A DNA stretch of 64,000 nt from NCBI GenBank assembly GCA_033764265.1, contig JANRJB010000112.1, positions 764 through 64,763 of the forward strand, read 5' to 3'. Position numbers and translations under genes: made by a program. The notes under the pieces are model-generated. The model did no database searches, had not been told where the DNA came from, and saw only the letters and a list, made by a program, of their open reading frames with translations. The DNA comes from Rhodospirillaceae bacterium. GTDB lineage: Bacteria > Pseudomonadota > Alphaproteobacteria > Rhodospirillales > Rhodospirillaceae. This document shows, piece after piece, positions 26,882-35,695 of this stretch (positions within the stretch are counted from its first letter, which is position 1; every line of letters starts with the position of its first letter).

Positions 26882-27592
26882 ATGATCAGCGTCCGAAAAA
26901 GCGAAGACCGCGGCCAGTACCGCAACTATTGGCTCGACAGCCGCCACAGCTTTTCTTTCGGCGAGTACTACGACCCCCAGCATCTGGGGTTCTCGGCGTT
27001 GCGCGTCATCAACGAGGACTGGGTCAAGGCCGGCGCGGGCTTTCCCACCCACGGCCACCGCGACATGGAGATCATCACCTACATCCTCGAGGGCGCGCTG
27101 GAGCATAAGGATTCGCTCGGCACCGGCTCGATCATCCGCCCCGGCGAAGTGCAGCGCATGAGCGCCGGCACCGGCGTGTCGCACAGCGAGTTCAACCCGC
27201 AGGCCGACACCGACACCCGCCTGTTGCAGATCTGGCTGCTGCCCGAGAAGCGCGGCATCGAACCCAGCTACGAGCAGATCACGGTGCCGCCCGAGGCCCG
27301 CCGCGGCAAGCTTAAGCTGATCGGCGCGCGCGATGGCCGCGACGGCGCTGTCACCATCCACCAGGACGCCTCGCTCTACGCAAGCCTGCTGGGTGCGGGC
27401 GAGACGGCCGAGCTGGCGCTCGCCGACCGCCGCACCGCCTGGGTGCAGGTCGCCAACGGCGCCATCACCGTTAACGGCATTGCGCTCAAGGCCGGCGACG
27501 GCGCGGCGATCAAGCACGAGGCGGCGCTGAAATTCGCGGGGGTCGAGGATTCCGAGTTCCTGGTGTTCGACCTGCCGCCGCTGCAGAACTGA
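26882..27592 (+). CDS. Pirin-family bicupin (YhhW/quercetinase-like)
   Basis: In-frame ATG 26882. [18 protein letters not shown] is the pirin metal-binding motif; 236 aa. Confidence 0.85.
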   Translation: MISVRKSEDRGQYRNYWLDSRHSFSFGEYYDPQHLGFSALRVINEDWVKAGAGFPTHGHRDMEIITYILEGALEHKDSLGTGSIIRPGEVQRMSAGTGVSHSEFNPQADTDTRLLQIWLLPEKRGIEPSYEQITVPPEARRGKLKLIGARDGRDGAVTIHQDASLYASLLGAGETAELALADRRTAWVQVANGAITVNGIALKAGDGAAIKHEAALKFAGVEDSEFLVFDLPPLQN

Positions 27593-27639
27593 GGTCGGCG
27601 TGACATTCCGGCGCATCGGCGGGTAGGATCGCGGGTCGA

Positions 27640-27712
27640 GTGGAGCGGATTTGACATTCGCGACCTGTGTCGCAGCGAGACCGAGAAGCGAATGTCAAAT
27701 CCAAAGCTCCAC
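27640..27712. repeat. Long imperfect inverted repeat / stem-loop (15-bp perfect core arms)
   Basis: GTGGAGC-GGATTTGACATTCGC (27640-27661) pairs with GCGAATGTCAAATCC-AAA-GCTCCAC (27688-27712) around a 26-nt loop. Lies 48 nt after the pirin stop. No T-tract follows it. Confidence 0.45.
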
Positions 27713-27799
27713 TAGAATCCAGTGGTCCGTTGATTCCAACATTCGCAAGATTGCGCCCTGAGCCGGGATGCGATTGGTGGAATCGGACCACGAGCGACC

Positions 27800-29044
27800 G
27801 TGGTGCACCCGCCGATGGCCGATATTCTGTTCTGGCCGCCGTTTCCGACCCGCGACCGGCTGTTCGACCAGTTGTTCCGCAGCGTCTGGCATTTCCTGCC
27901 GGCACTGGCGAAGTTCGACCGGCTGGTGTTCCCGTACGCCGGCGACGACGTGCGACTGCTGGATGCCGAACAAAACCTCGGCATGGCGAAGGCGTACCTG
28001 GGCCGCGATTTCGACCCGGACATCGCCGACTACGCCGCGCGGTTCGCCGGCAAGGTCGCGATTTCGGCGGACCCCAACGGCGACCCGGCGATCTATGCCG
28101 GACCTTACGCCGGTCTGGTGGTCTGGTACGCCGCCGATGCCACCTTGAACGCCGCGGCGCGCGCCATCGCCGAGCGGGCCGGCTGCGAGATCGTCTGGGC
28201 CGATCCCGAACTGGTGCAGCAGGAGACGCTGTCGCTGATCCGCTTCGTGTTCACGTTGTTCCCGAAGCCGGAGATCGACGCGCTTCTGTCCAACTCGGTG
28301 CATCTGTTTTTCCTGCACCTGAAACGCTGGCATGGCCGACCCATCAGCGCCTTCGGCAACGGGCCCAGCCTGCAGCGGGTCGTGGAAAACCGCATCGACC
28401 CGGGCCCGACGCTGCGCCTGATCTGCAATTCCACAGTTGGCGATACGGCAGCGCTGGCGCACCTGAAGCCCGAGATCATGTTCTGCGGCGATCCGGTGCA
28501 GCATTGCGGCGCCTCGCGATATGCCGGGCAGTTCCGCGCCGACCTGGCCGCGGCGCTGGACGCCGATCCCAACCGCGTACTCGTCACCCAGCTCGGGTTC
28601 ATTCCGTACCTCAAAGCCGCGTTGCCCGCCGACACGCACACCCGCCTGGTTGGTGTCGGCAATGACCGGCGCAGCGATTTTAATGTCGACCTGACGGCGT
28701 CATTTTTCACCGCCGCCACCGCCAACATCTTCACCATGCTGGTGCTGCCGGTGGCGTTCACGATCTCCAGGCAGGTCGACATCTACGGCTGCGACGGCCA
28801 GCCCTTCGCCGCCGCCACCAAGCCCTGGGGCCACGCCGGTGAGACCGACTACATGAGCCGCATGGCCGTCACCCACCGCGTCCATCCCGGATTCTGGCGG
28901 CGCAACTACGCCGAGGAGCTGACCAGCTACTACGACGACATGGAGGACCTGCTCGCAACCGCCGAGAAGGCGGGCGCGACGGTGCGCAACCGGACACCGT
29001 CATACGTGCCGGCGCTGGCCAAGCGATTTGTGGCGCCGGATTAG
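27800..29044 (+). CDS. Hypothetical protein with GT42-sialyltransferase/DUF115-like motifs in the C-terminal half
   Basis: ORF 27800..29044 (GTG start; ATG alternative at 27815). AFGNGPSLQRV...LRLICNST...VDIYGCDG resembles the GNGPSL / xCN / IYLxGxD pattern of CstII-type and MAF/DUF115 proteins. Confidence 0.6.
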   Translation: MVHPPMADILFWPPFPTRDRLFDQLFRSVWHFLPALAKFDRLVFPYAGDDVRLLDAEQNLGMAKAYLGRDFDPDIADYAARFAGKVAISADPNGDPAIYAGPYAGLVVWYAADATLNAAARAIAERAGCEIVWADPELVQQETLSLIRFVFTLFPKPEIDALLSNSVHLFFLHLKRWHGRPISAFGNGPSLQRVVENRIDPGPTLRLICNSTVGDTAALAHLKPEIMFCGDPVQHCGASRYAGQFRADLAAALDADPNRVLVTQLGFIPYLKAALPADTHTRLVGVGNDRRSDFNVDLTASFFTAATANIFTMLVLPVAFTISRQVDIYGCDGQPFAAATKPWGHAGETDYMSRMAVTHRVHPGFWRRNYAEELTSYYDDMEDLLATAEKAGATVRNRTPSYVPALAKRFVAPD

Positions 29045-31749
29045 CCCGCCAAGCTTTTGCTCGCCAGTTCGAACACGTCGCGCGATAGGCCGGGGTGCTG
29101 GGCAATGCGCTCCAGCGCGCCCTTCATCTTGGCCTGGCGGGGGGCATCGAAGCGCCGCCAGCGCCCCAGCGGCGCCACCAGCCGCGCCGCGGTCTGCGGG
29201 TTGAAAGCGTCGATGGCCACGATCTGCTCGGACAGGAAGTCGTAACCCGAGCCATCCGCGGCGTGGAAGTGCACCGGGTTGCGCAGCGAAAAGGTTCCGA
29301 TCAGCGCGCGGATGCGGTTCGGGTTCTTGGCGTCGTAGGTGCGGTGGCCCATCAGCGCGCGCACCGCGGCCAGGGTGCCGGGCAGAGTGCTGGCCGCCTG
29401 CACCGATAGCCATTTGTCGAGCACGACCGCGTCACCGTCGTAGCGCCGGGCGAATGTCGCCAGCGCCTCGGTGCGTTCCAGCCCGGCGCTGTCGGCCAGG
29501 ATCGACAGCGCGGCCATGCGGTCGGTCATGTTGTCGGCGCCGTCGAACTGCGCTTTGACCGGTGCGAGCGTTTCGGGCGTTTCGACCTGGGCCAGGTAAT
29601 CGAGCGCGGCATTCTTGAGGGCGCGGCGGCCGGCGCCTTCGGCATCGGGCGCGAACGGGGCGTTGGCGCGCCGCGAGTCATACAACCGCTTCAATGCGTC
29701 AAAATGTTTCTCGGCGATGGCGCGCTTGACCGCCTCGCGCGCGGCATGCAGGCGTAGCGGGTCCTCCACGGTCATGCGGTTGGCGAGGTCGTCGAAGCCG
29801 GGCAGGGTCATCAACAGGCCGCGGGTGGCGTCGTTCAGGCGGTCGTCGCCGATCACCGCGCCCACGGCGTTCAGAAATTCCGCCTCGATCACGAACGAGC
29901 GGCCGATCTGGAGCGCCGCCACACCGCGCAAGATGACGGCCGCAGCGTAATCCTGCTTGGCCTGCCAGCGATTGAAACTGTCGAAATCGTGCGCCATCAG
30001 GAACGCGCGGTCGGCGTCGCTCATGGCGATATTTACATTCACCGGCGCGGAAAAGCCGCGATTGAGCGACGGCAGCGGCGCGGCAGGCACGTTCTCGAAT
30101 ACGAATGTCTCCGTGGCCGCGCGCAGTTCGAGCACCAAGGTCGTCGCAGCCCCCCTCACCCCAACCCTCTCCCGCTCGGGGAGAGGGAGCCGAGCGGAGC
30201 GAGGGGGTGAGGGGGCGTTTTTCAAGTCAAGAGCAATGTCTCGCCCATCCGGACCCACCAGCCCGACCGCGAAGGGAATATGCATCGGCAGCTTGGTGGG
30301 CTGGCCGGGCGTCGGTGCGAGCGATTGTTTCAGGGTCAGCGCATAGGTTTGCGCCGCGGCGTCGTAGGCGCCCGACGCTTCGATCACCGGCGTGCCGGCC
30401 TGGCGATACCAAAGCTTGAACTGGTCGAGGTCGCGGCCCGAGGCGTCCTCCATGGCGGCGACGAAGTCGTCGCACGTCACCGCCTGGCCGTCGTGGCGGG
30501 CAAAGTAGAGGTCCATGCCTTTGCGGAAATTCTCCGGCCCCAGCAGCGTGTGTTGCATGCGGATGACTTCCGCGCCCTTCTCGTAAACCGTCGCGGTGTA
30601 GAAGTTGTTGATCTCGATATAGCTGTCGGGCCGCACCGGATGGGCCAGCGGGCTCGCGTCCTCGGTGAACTGGCGCGCACGCAGGGTATCGGCGTCCTCG
30701 ATGCGCTTGACCGCGGCGTCGCGCATGTCCTCGGAGAACTGCTGGTCGCGGAACACGGTCAGGCCTTCCTTCAGGCTCAACTGGAACCAGTCGCGGCAGG
30801 TGACGCGGTCGCCGGTCCAGTTGTGGAAGTACTCGTGCGCGACAACGGCCTCGATGAATTCGTAGTCGCCGTCGGTGGCGGTGTCCGGATCGGCCAGGAT
30901 GTACTTGTCGTTGAAGATGTTGAGGCCCTTGTTCTCCATCGCGCCCATGTTGAAGTCGCTGACGGCGACGATGTTGAACACATCGAGGTCGTATTCGCGG
31001 CCGTACCTGTCTTCGTCCCACTTCATCGCGCGTTTCAGGGCGTCCATGGCGTAAAGGGCGCGCGGCTCCTTGCCGTGCTCGACATAGATGCGCAGCCTGA
31101 CGTTTCGGCCGCTGCGGGTCGTGAAACGGTCCTCGATGTGGCCCAGGTCGCCGGCTACCAGCGCGAACAGATAGCAGGGCTTGGGGAACGGATCGTGCCA
31201 GACGGCGGAGTGCCGCCCGTTGGGCAGATCGCCGTGCTCGATCGGGTTGCCATTGGATAGCAGCACTGGGCACTGGGCCTTGTCGGCGCGCACAGTCACG
31301 CGGAAGCTGCTCATCACGTCGGGGCGGTCCTGGAAATAAGTGATGCGGCGGAAGCCTTCGGCCTCGCACTGGGTGGTGAACTTGCCGCGCGACAGGTACA
31401 GGCCTTCCAGGGCCGTGTTGGACTGCGGGTCGACCTCGGTCTCGATGCGCAAGGCGAAGCGCGCCGGCGGGGCGGGCAGGGTGAGCGTGGCGTCGGTGAG
31501 TACGTAGTCGCGGCCCTCGGACAGCGGCCGGCCGTCGAGTGCGGCCGACACCAGCCTCATCTTCTCGCCGTCCAGTACAAGCGGCTGCACGCCTTTGGCG
31601 CGGTCGTGGTCGGCCACGTACACGGTCTCGGCGACGACCCGCGTCGCGGTCGGGTGCAGGTCGAACGCTAGAGTGATTTCGGGCGCGCGGTAGGGCGGCG
31701 GCGCATAGTCGGCCAGGCGGATGGTGCGGGGCGGGGTTTCGGTTTTCAC
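29041..31749 (-). CDS. pepN: Aminopeptidase N (M1 family)
   Basis: HEYFHNWTGDRVT with downstream LSLKEGLTVF is the gluzincin HExxH-E signature. Start chosen at GTG (CAC 31747-31749) because VKTETPPRTIRLADYAPPPY then aligns with the E. coli PepN N-terminus. The track start at 31809 is a TTG. Confidence 0.9.
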   Translation of the reverse strand: MKTETPPRTIRLADYAPPPYRAPEITLAFDLHPTATRVVAETVYVADHDRAKGVQPLVLDGEKMRLVSAALDGRPLSEGRDYVLTDATLTLPAPPARFALRIETEVDPQSNTALEGLYLSRGKFTTQCEAEGFRRITYFQDRPDVMSSFRVTVRADKAQCPVLLSNGNPIEHGDLPNGRHSAVWHDPFPKPCYLFALVAGDLGHIEDRFTTRSGRNVRLRIYVEHGKEPRALYAMDALKRAMKWDEDRYGREYDLDVFNIVAVSDFNMGAMENKGLNIFNDKYILADPDTATDGDYEFIEAVVAHEYFHNWTGDRVTCRDWFQLSLKEGLTVFRDQQFSEDMRDAAVKRIEDADTLRARQFTEDASPLAHPVRPDSYIEINNFYTATVYEKGAEVIRMQHTLLGPENFRKGMDLYFARHDGQAVTCDDFVAAMEDASGRDLDQFKLWYRQAGTPVIEASGAYDAAAQTYALTLKQSLAPTPGQPTKLPMHIPFAVGLVGPDGRDIALDLKNAPSPPRSARLPLPERERVGVRGAATTLVLELRAATETFVFENVPAAPLPSLNRGFSAPVNVNIAMSDADRAFLMAHDFDSFNRWQAKQDYAAAVILRGVAALQIGRSFVIEAEFLNAVGAVIGDDRLNDATRGLLMTLPGFDDLANRMTVEDPLRLHAAREAVKRAIAEKHFDALKRLYDSRRANAPFAPDAEGAGRRALKNAALDYLAQVETPETLAPVKAQFDGADNMTDRMAALSILADSAGLERTEALATFARRYDGDAVVLDKWLSVQAASTLPGTLAAVRALMGHRTYDAKNPNRIRALIGTFSLRNPVHFHAADGSGYDFLSEQIVAIDAFNPQTAARLVAPLGRWRRFDAPRQAKMKGALERIAQHPGLSRDVFELASKSLAG
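30151..30215. repeat. GC-rich nested palindromic (REP-like) element inside the pepN coding sequence
   Basis: Outer arms CCCCCTCACCCC / GGGGTGAGGGGG; inner hairpin CCCTCTCCC-gctcg-GGGAGAGGG. On the pepN strand it translates as PSPPRSARLPLPERERVGVRG. Confidence 0.75.
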
Positions 31750-31899
31750 GGGCAGGGCTCGGGCGGGGGTGGTTTCAGCCCAACCTAGCGCCCGGTGATC
31801 GGCGTGCAAGCCTTTGGGTGCCGCTCACAATTTCTTAATCCGGCGCCCCTAGCCTAGCCTGGACATTCGTGTCTCAGCGATTTGCAACGGATAAGCGTC

Positions 31900-33198
31900 A
31901 TGCGCGTCGTCGCGTTCGTGCCGGCCAAGGGCGAAAGCAGCCGGATCGCCAACAAGAACACCGTTGTGCTCGACGGCGAGCACCTGTTCAAGCGCAAGCT
32001 GCGCCAGCTGCTGGAATGCCCTGAGATCGACGAGGTCTACCTCGACACCGAAAGCGAGCGGATGATCGAGCTGGCCGCCGACCTGCCGGTCAAAGTGCTG
32101 AAGCGCGACCCCAAGCTGGCGTCCAACCGCACCGACGGCCACGAGCTGTTCGCCAACCAGGCCCGCCAGGTCAAGGCCGACATCTACATCCAAAGCCTGT
32201 GTACCAGCCCGTTCATCACCGCCGACACAATTAGCCGCGCGATGAAAGCGTTGATGAAGAAGCCGGGCGCGGACTCGCTGGTCGCGGTGCAGCGGAGAAA
32301 GCTCTACACCTGGAGCAGGGGCCGGCCCGACTACGGCCAGGGCCGCATTCCCAATTCGGTCGACCTGCCGCACACCATCATCGAGTCCATGGGGCTTTAC
32401 ATGGTGCGCCGGCAAAAAGGCGAAGGCGCGCCGACGCACCGGTTCGGGGCCAAGCCGATCCTGTTCGAGATCACCGACGAGGAAGCCGTCGACGTCAACT
32501 GGCCCGAGGACCTGGCGCTGGCCGAGCGCATCTGCGCCGGCCACCGCGCCGTGCACAACGCCGCGCTCGACGCCATCCGCCCGCACCTGTGCGCTTCTCT
32601 GCTCGCCGACATCTGCAAGGAACGCGGGCTAAAAGCCGTGCTGCCGCCAGGGTTCGTGCGGGTCAGCGGGCGCAGCGTGCTGGGCGTGGCCAAGACGCTG
32701 GAGCTGCGCCGGCTGAAGAAGGGCGACGACTGGAAGGGCATCTACACCGCGCTGGGCAGCTACAACTTCATCCGCCCGGGCGACGTGATCGTGGTTCAGA
32801 ACCACGTCAAGGACAAAGCCTACTTCGGCGATCTGAACGCCAACATCGCCGTGCGTTCGGGCGCGGTCGGCGCGGTGGTCGATAGTTACACCCGCGATTC
32901 CGCCGAGCTGAACGGGCTGGAGTTTTCTGTCTTCGCCCGCGGCATCAACTGCGACGACATTAAGTACGAAGGAACCGTTCACGCCATGAACAAGCCGGTC
33001 ACCATTGGCGAAGTGGTGGTCAACAACGGCGACTACATCTACGCCGACGACGACGGCGTGCTGGCGATCCCCAAGGCGCTGTGGCCGTCGATCCGTGACG
33101 AGGCTCTGGCCACCCTCAAGAAGGAATTCGACATCCGCTACGCCATCATGCGCGGCGAGGACGTAGCGAAAGTCCTCAATCTCCATGGGGCGTTTTAG
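31900..33198 (+). CDS. Fusion protein: N-terminal acylneuraminate/CMP-sugar cytidylyltransferase domain + C-terminal RraA / class II (HMG/CHA-type) aldolase domain
   Basis: MRVVAFVPAKGESSRIANKN (CTP_transf_3 P-loop-like motif) at the N-terminus. PGDVIVVQNH...GDLNANIAVRSGAVGAVVDSYTRDSAEL...VFARG...DYIYADDDGVLAIP is the RraA-family pattern. Single uninterrupted ORF. Confidence 0.8.
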   Translation: MRVVAFVPAKGESSRIANKNTVVLDGEHLFKRKLRQLLECPEIDEVYLDTESERMIELAADLPVKVLKRDPKLASNRTDGHELFANQARQVKADIYIQSLCTSPFITADTISRAMKALMKKPGADSLVAVQRRKLYTWSRGRPDYGQGRIPNSVDLPHTIIESMGLYMVRRQKGEGAPTHRFGAKPILFEITDEEAVDVNWPEDLALAERICAGHRAVHNAALDAIRPHLCASLLADICKERGLKAVLPPGFVRVSGRSVLGVAKTLELRRLKKGDDWKGIYTALGSYNFIRPGDVIVVQNHVKDKAYFGDLNANIAVRSGAVGAVVDSYTRDSAELNGLEFSVFARGINCDDIKYEGTVHAMNKPVTIGEVVVNNGDYIYADDDGVLAIPKALWPSIRDEALATLKKEFDIRYAIMRGEDVAKVLNLHGAF

Positions 33199-33320
33199 GT
33201 TTCAAGCTCCCCCGAGACACCCTGTTTCATACCTCTACAAGCCAGTTGCGCCCGCCTTTGCATTCTTTGTGTGCACTGCACTAAACTGCCTGTCGGGCGT
33301 GCAGCGGCGGCGGGGCGGGG

Positions 33321-34730
33321 ATGGCGTTCGACGAGATGTACAGCGCCGACGGCGGCATCCGCCCGCCGTACCAGGGCATCGCCCGTTGGCTGGCCGGCAC
33401 CTCGCCCGACACGCTGCAGGCGCGCACCACGGAAGCAGAGCTGCTCTATCGCCGCGGCGGGATCACCTTCGCAGTGTACGGCGACGCCGAGGGCGAGGAA
33501 CGCATCATTCCGCACGACATCGTCCCCCGCGTGCTGGCGCGTGCGGAGTGGGACCTGCTGGCCCGGGGGCTGGAACAGCGCGTGCGCACGCTGAACCGTT
33601 ACCTGAACGACATTTACGGCCCCGGCGAGTGCCTGAAGGCGGGCGTCGTGCCCGAGGAACTGGTCTGGCAGAATCCGGCCTTTCGACCCGAAATGGTCGG
33701 CGTGCCGGTGCCGCACGGCATCTACGTGCACATCGCCGGCATCGACGTGGTGCGCATCGACCCCGAGACCTTCTACGTGCTCGAGGACAACGCGCGCACG
33801 CCGTCGGGCGTATCGTACATGTTGCACAGCCGCGAGGTGTCGATGCGGCTGGTGCCCGAACTGGTGGCCGATCATCGCATCGCCCCGATCGAGAACTATC
33901 CCGAACAGCTGCTGGCGGCTTTGAAGTCGGTCGCCCCGCGCCGCGCCGCACAGGACCCCACCGTGGTGCTGCTGACGCCCGGCCAGTTCAACTCGGCCTA
34001 CTACGAGCATTCGTTCCTGGCCGACAAGATGGGCGTGGAGCTGGTCGAGGGCCGCGATCTGTTCGTGCGCGACGCCAACGTCTACATGCGCACCACGCTG
34101 GGGCCCAAGCGCGTTGACGTGATCTACCGGCGAATCGACGACGACTTCATCGACCCGCTCACCTTCCGCCCGGATTCCATCCTCGGGCTGCCGGGCCTGT
34201 TCGCCTGCGCGGCGGCCGGCAACGTCGCACTCGCCAACGCCGTCGGCACCGGCGCGGCCGACGACAAGGTGATCTACTCCTACATCCCCGAACTGATGAA
34301 GTTCTATTTCGGCGAGACGCCGATCCTGCACAACGTGCCGACCTGGCGCTGCCGGTACGCCGACGACCTGGCCTACGTGCTCGACCACCTGCACAAGCTG
34401 GTGGTGAAGGAGGTTCACGGTTCCGGCGGCTACGGAATGTTGGTCGGCCCACACGCCTCGTCGCACCAGATCGAGGAATTCCGCGCCCGGCTGATCGCCC
34501 ACCCGGACAATTACATTGCCCAGCCCACGCTATCGTTGTCGACCTGCCCGACGTTCGTCGACAGCGGCGTGGCGCCGCGCCACGTCGACCTGCGACCGTT
34601 CGTGCTGTCGGGCGCCGACGGCGTGCGGGTGGTGCCCGGCGGCCTGACGCGGGTGGCCCTGCGCGAAGGCTCGCTGGTGGTGAATTCGAGCCAGGGCGGC
34701 GGCACCAAAGATACTTGGGTGATCGAGTGA
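33321..34730 (+). CDS. Circularly permuted ATP-grasp type 2 protein (DUF404/DUF407)
   Basis: 469 aa. PSGVSYMLHSR, VLLTPG..NSAYYEHSFLA and VVKEVHGSGGYGM blocks are typical of the family. First gene of the Anbu operon. Confidence 0.8.
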   Translation: MAFDEMYSADGGIRPPYQGIARWLAGTSPDTLQARTTEAELLYRRGGITFAVYGDAEGEERIIPHDIVPRVLARAEWDLLARGLEQRVRTLNRYLNDIYGPGECLKAGVVPEELVWQNPAFRPEMVGVPVPHGIYVHIAGIDVVRIDPETFYVLEDNARTPSGVSYMLHSREVSMRLVPELVADHRIAPIENYPEQLLAALKSVAPRRAAQDPTVVLLTPGQFNSAYYEHSFLADKMGVELVEGRDLFVRDANVYMRTTLGPKRVDVIYRRIDDDFIDPLTFRPDSILGLPGLFACAAAGNVALANAVGTGAADDKVIYSYIPELMKFYFGETPILHNVPTWRCRYADDLAYVLDHLHKLVVKEVHGSGGYGMLVGPHASSHQIEEFRARLIAHPDNYIAQPTLSLSTCPTFVDSGVAPRHVDLRPFVLSGADGVRVVPGGLTRVALREGSLVVNSSQGGGTKDTWVIE

Positions 34731-34749
34731 CGGATGATCGCGTGACGAG

Positions 34750-35691
34750 ATGCTGAGCCGCACCGCCGACAGCCTGTACTGGCTTGCGCGTTACATCGAG
34801 CGCGCCGACTACCTCGCCCGCATCCTCGACGCGGCGACGCGGCTGGCGGCGCTGCCGGGCGCCAGCGCACACGGCGTCAACGAGTGGGAGAGCGCGCTGG
34901 CCTCGGCCGGCTGCCTGGCGGCGTTCCGCAGCCGCTACGCCGAGGCCAACGCCGCCACTGCCACCGCGTTTGTGGCCTTCGCAGAGGACAACCCATCGTC
35001 GATCCGCCAGTGCCTCGAAACCGCGCGTTTTAATGCCCGCGCCGTGCGCACCGCCATTACCTCGCAGATGTGGGAGACCATCAACGGCGCGTGGCTCGAC
35101 CTGCATGCCACCGACGTCGGCGCGCTTGCGCCCAGCGACCACACCCAGTTTCTCGACTGGGTCAAGGATGTCTCGCTGCGCTTTGACGGTTCGGCCTATC
35201 GCACCATGTTGCGCGAGGAGAGCTATTGGTTCTACCGCCTGGGGACCTTCATCGAGCGCGCCGACAACACCGCGCGCATCCTCGACGTGAAGTACCACGT
35301 GCTGTTGCCGCAAACCTCGACCGTCGGCGGCGGGCTGGACTATTCCCAGTGGGCGGCGATCCTGCGCTCGGTCAACGCGCTGACCGCCTATCACTGGGTC
35401 TATCGCGACAGTCTGAAGCCGTGGCTGATCGCCGAGTTTCTGCTGCTGAAGCCCGAGATGCCGCGCTCGCTGCGCTCGTGCTATCTCAATCTGGTCGAGG
35501 CGCTCGACCTGTTGGCCCAGCACTCGGGCCGGCAGGGCCCGGCGCAGCGCCGCGCCCGCGCCATCGCGCTCAAGCTGGAGCAGGGGCGCATCGACGATAT
35601 CTTCGCCAGCGGACTGCACGAGTTCGTCCAGACCTTTCTGTCCGACAACAACAGCCTTGGCGCGGCGATCTCCGAGCAATACCTGATCTGA
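34750..35691 (+). CDS. Alpha-E domain protein (DUF403)
   Basis: MLSRTADSLYWLARYIERADYLARILD is the hallmark N-terminus of alpha-E proteins; the repeat FYRLGTFIERADNTARILD occurs mid-protein. Confidence 0.85.
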   Translation: MLSRTADSLYWLARYIERADYLARILDAATRLAALPGASAHGVNEWESALASAGCLAAFRSRYAEANAATATAFVAFAEDNPSSIRQCLETARFNARAVRTAITSQMWETINGAWLDLHATDVGALAPSDHTQFLDWVKDVSLRFDGSAYRTMLREESYWFYRLGTFIERADNTARILDVKYHVLLPQTSTVGGGLDYSQWAAILRSVNALTAYHWVYRDSLKPWLIAEFLLLKPEMPRSLRSCYLNLVEALDLLAQHSGRQGPAQRRARAIALKLEQGRIDDIFASGLHEFVQTFLSDNNSLGAAISEQYLI

Positions 35692-35695
35692 TTCA

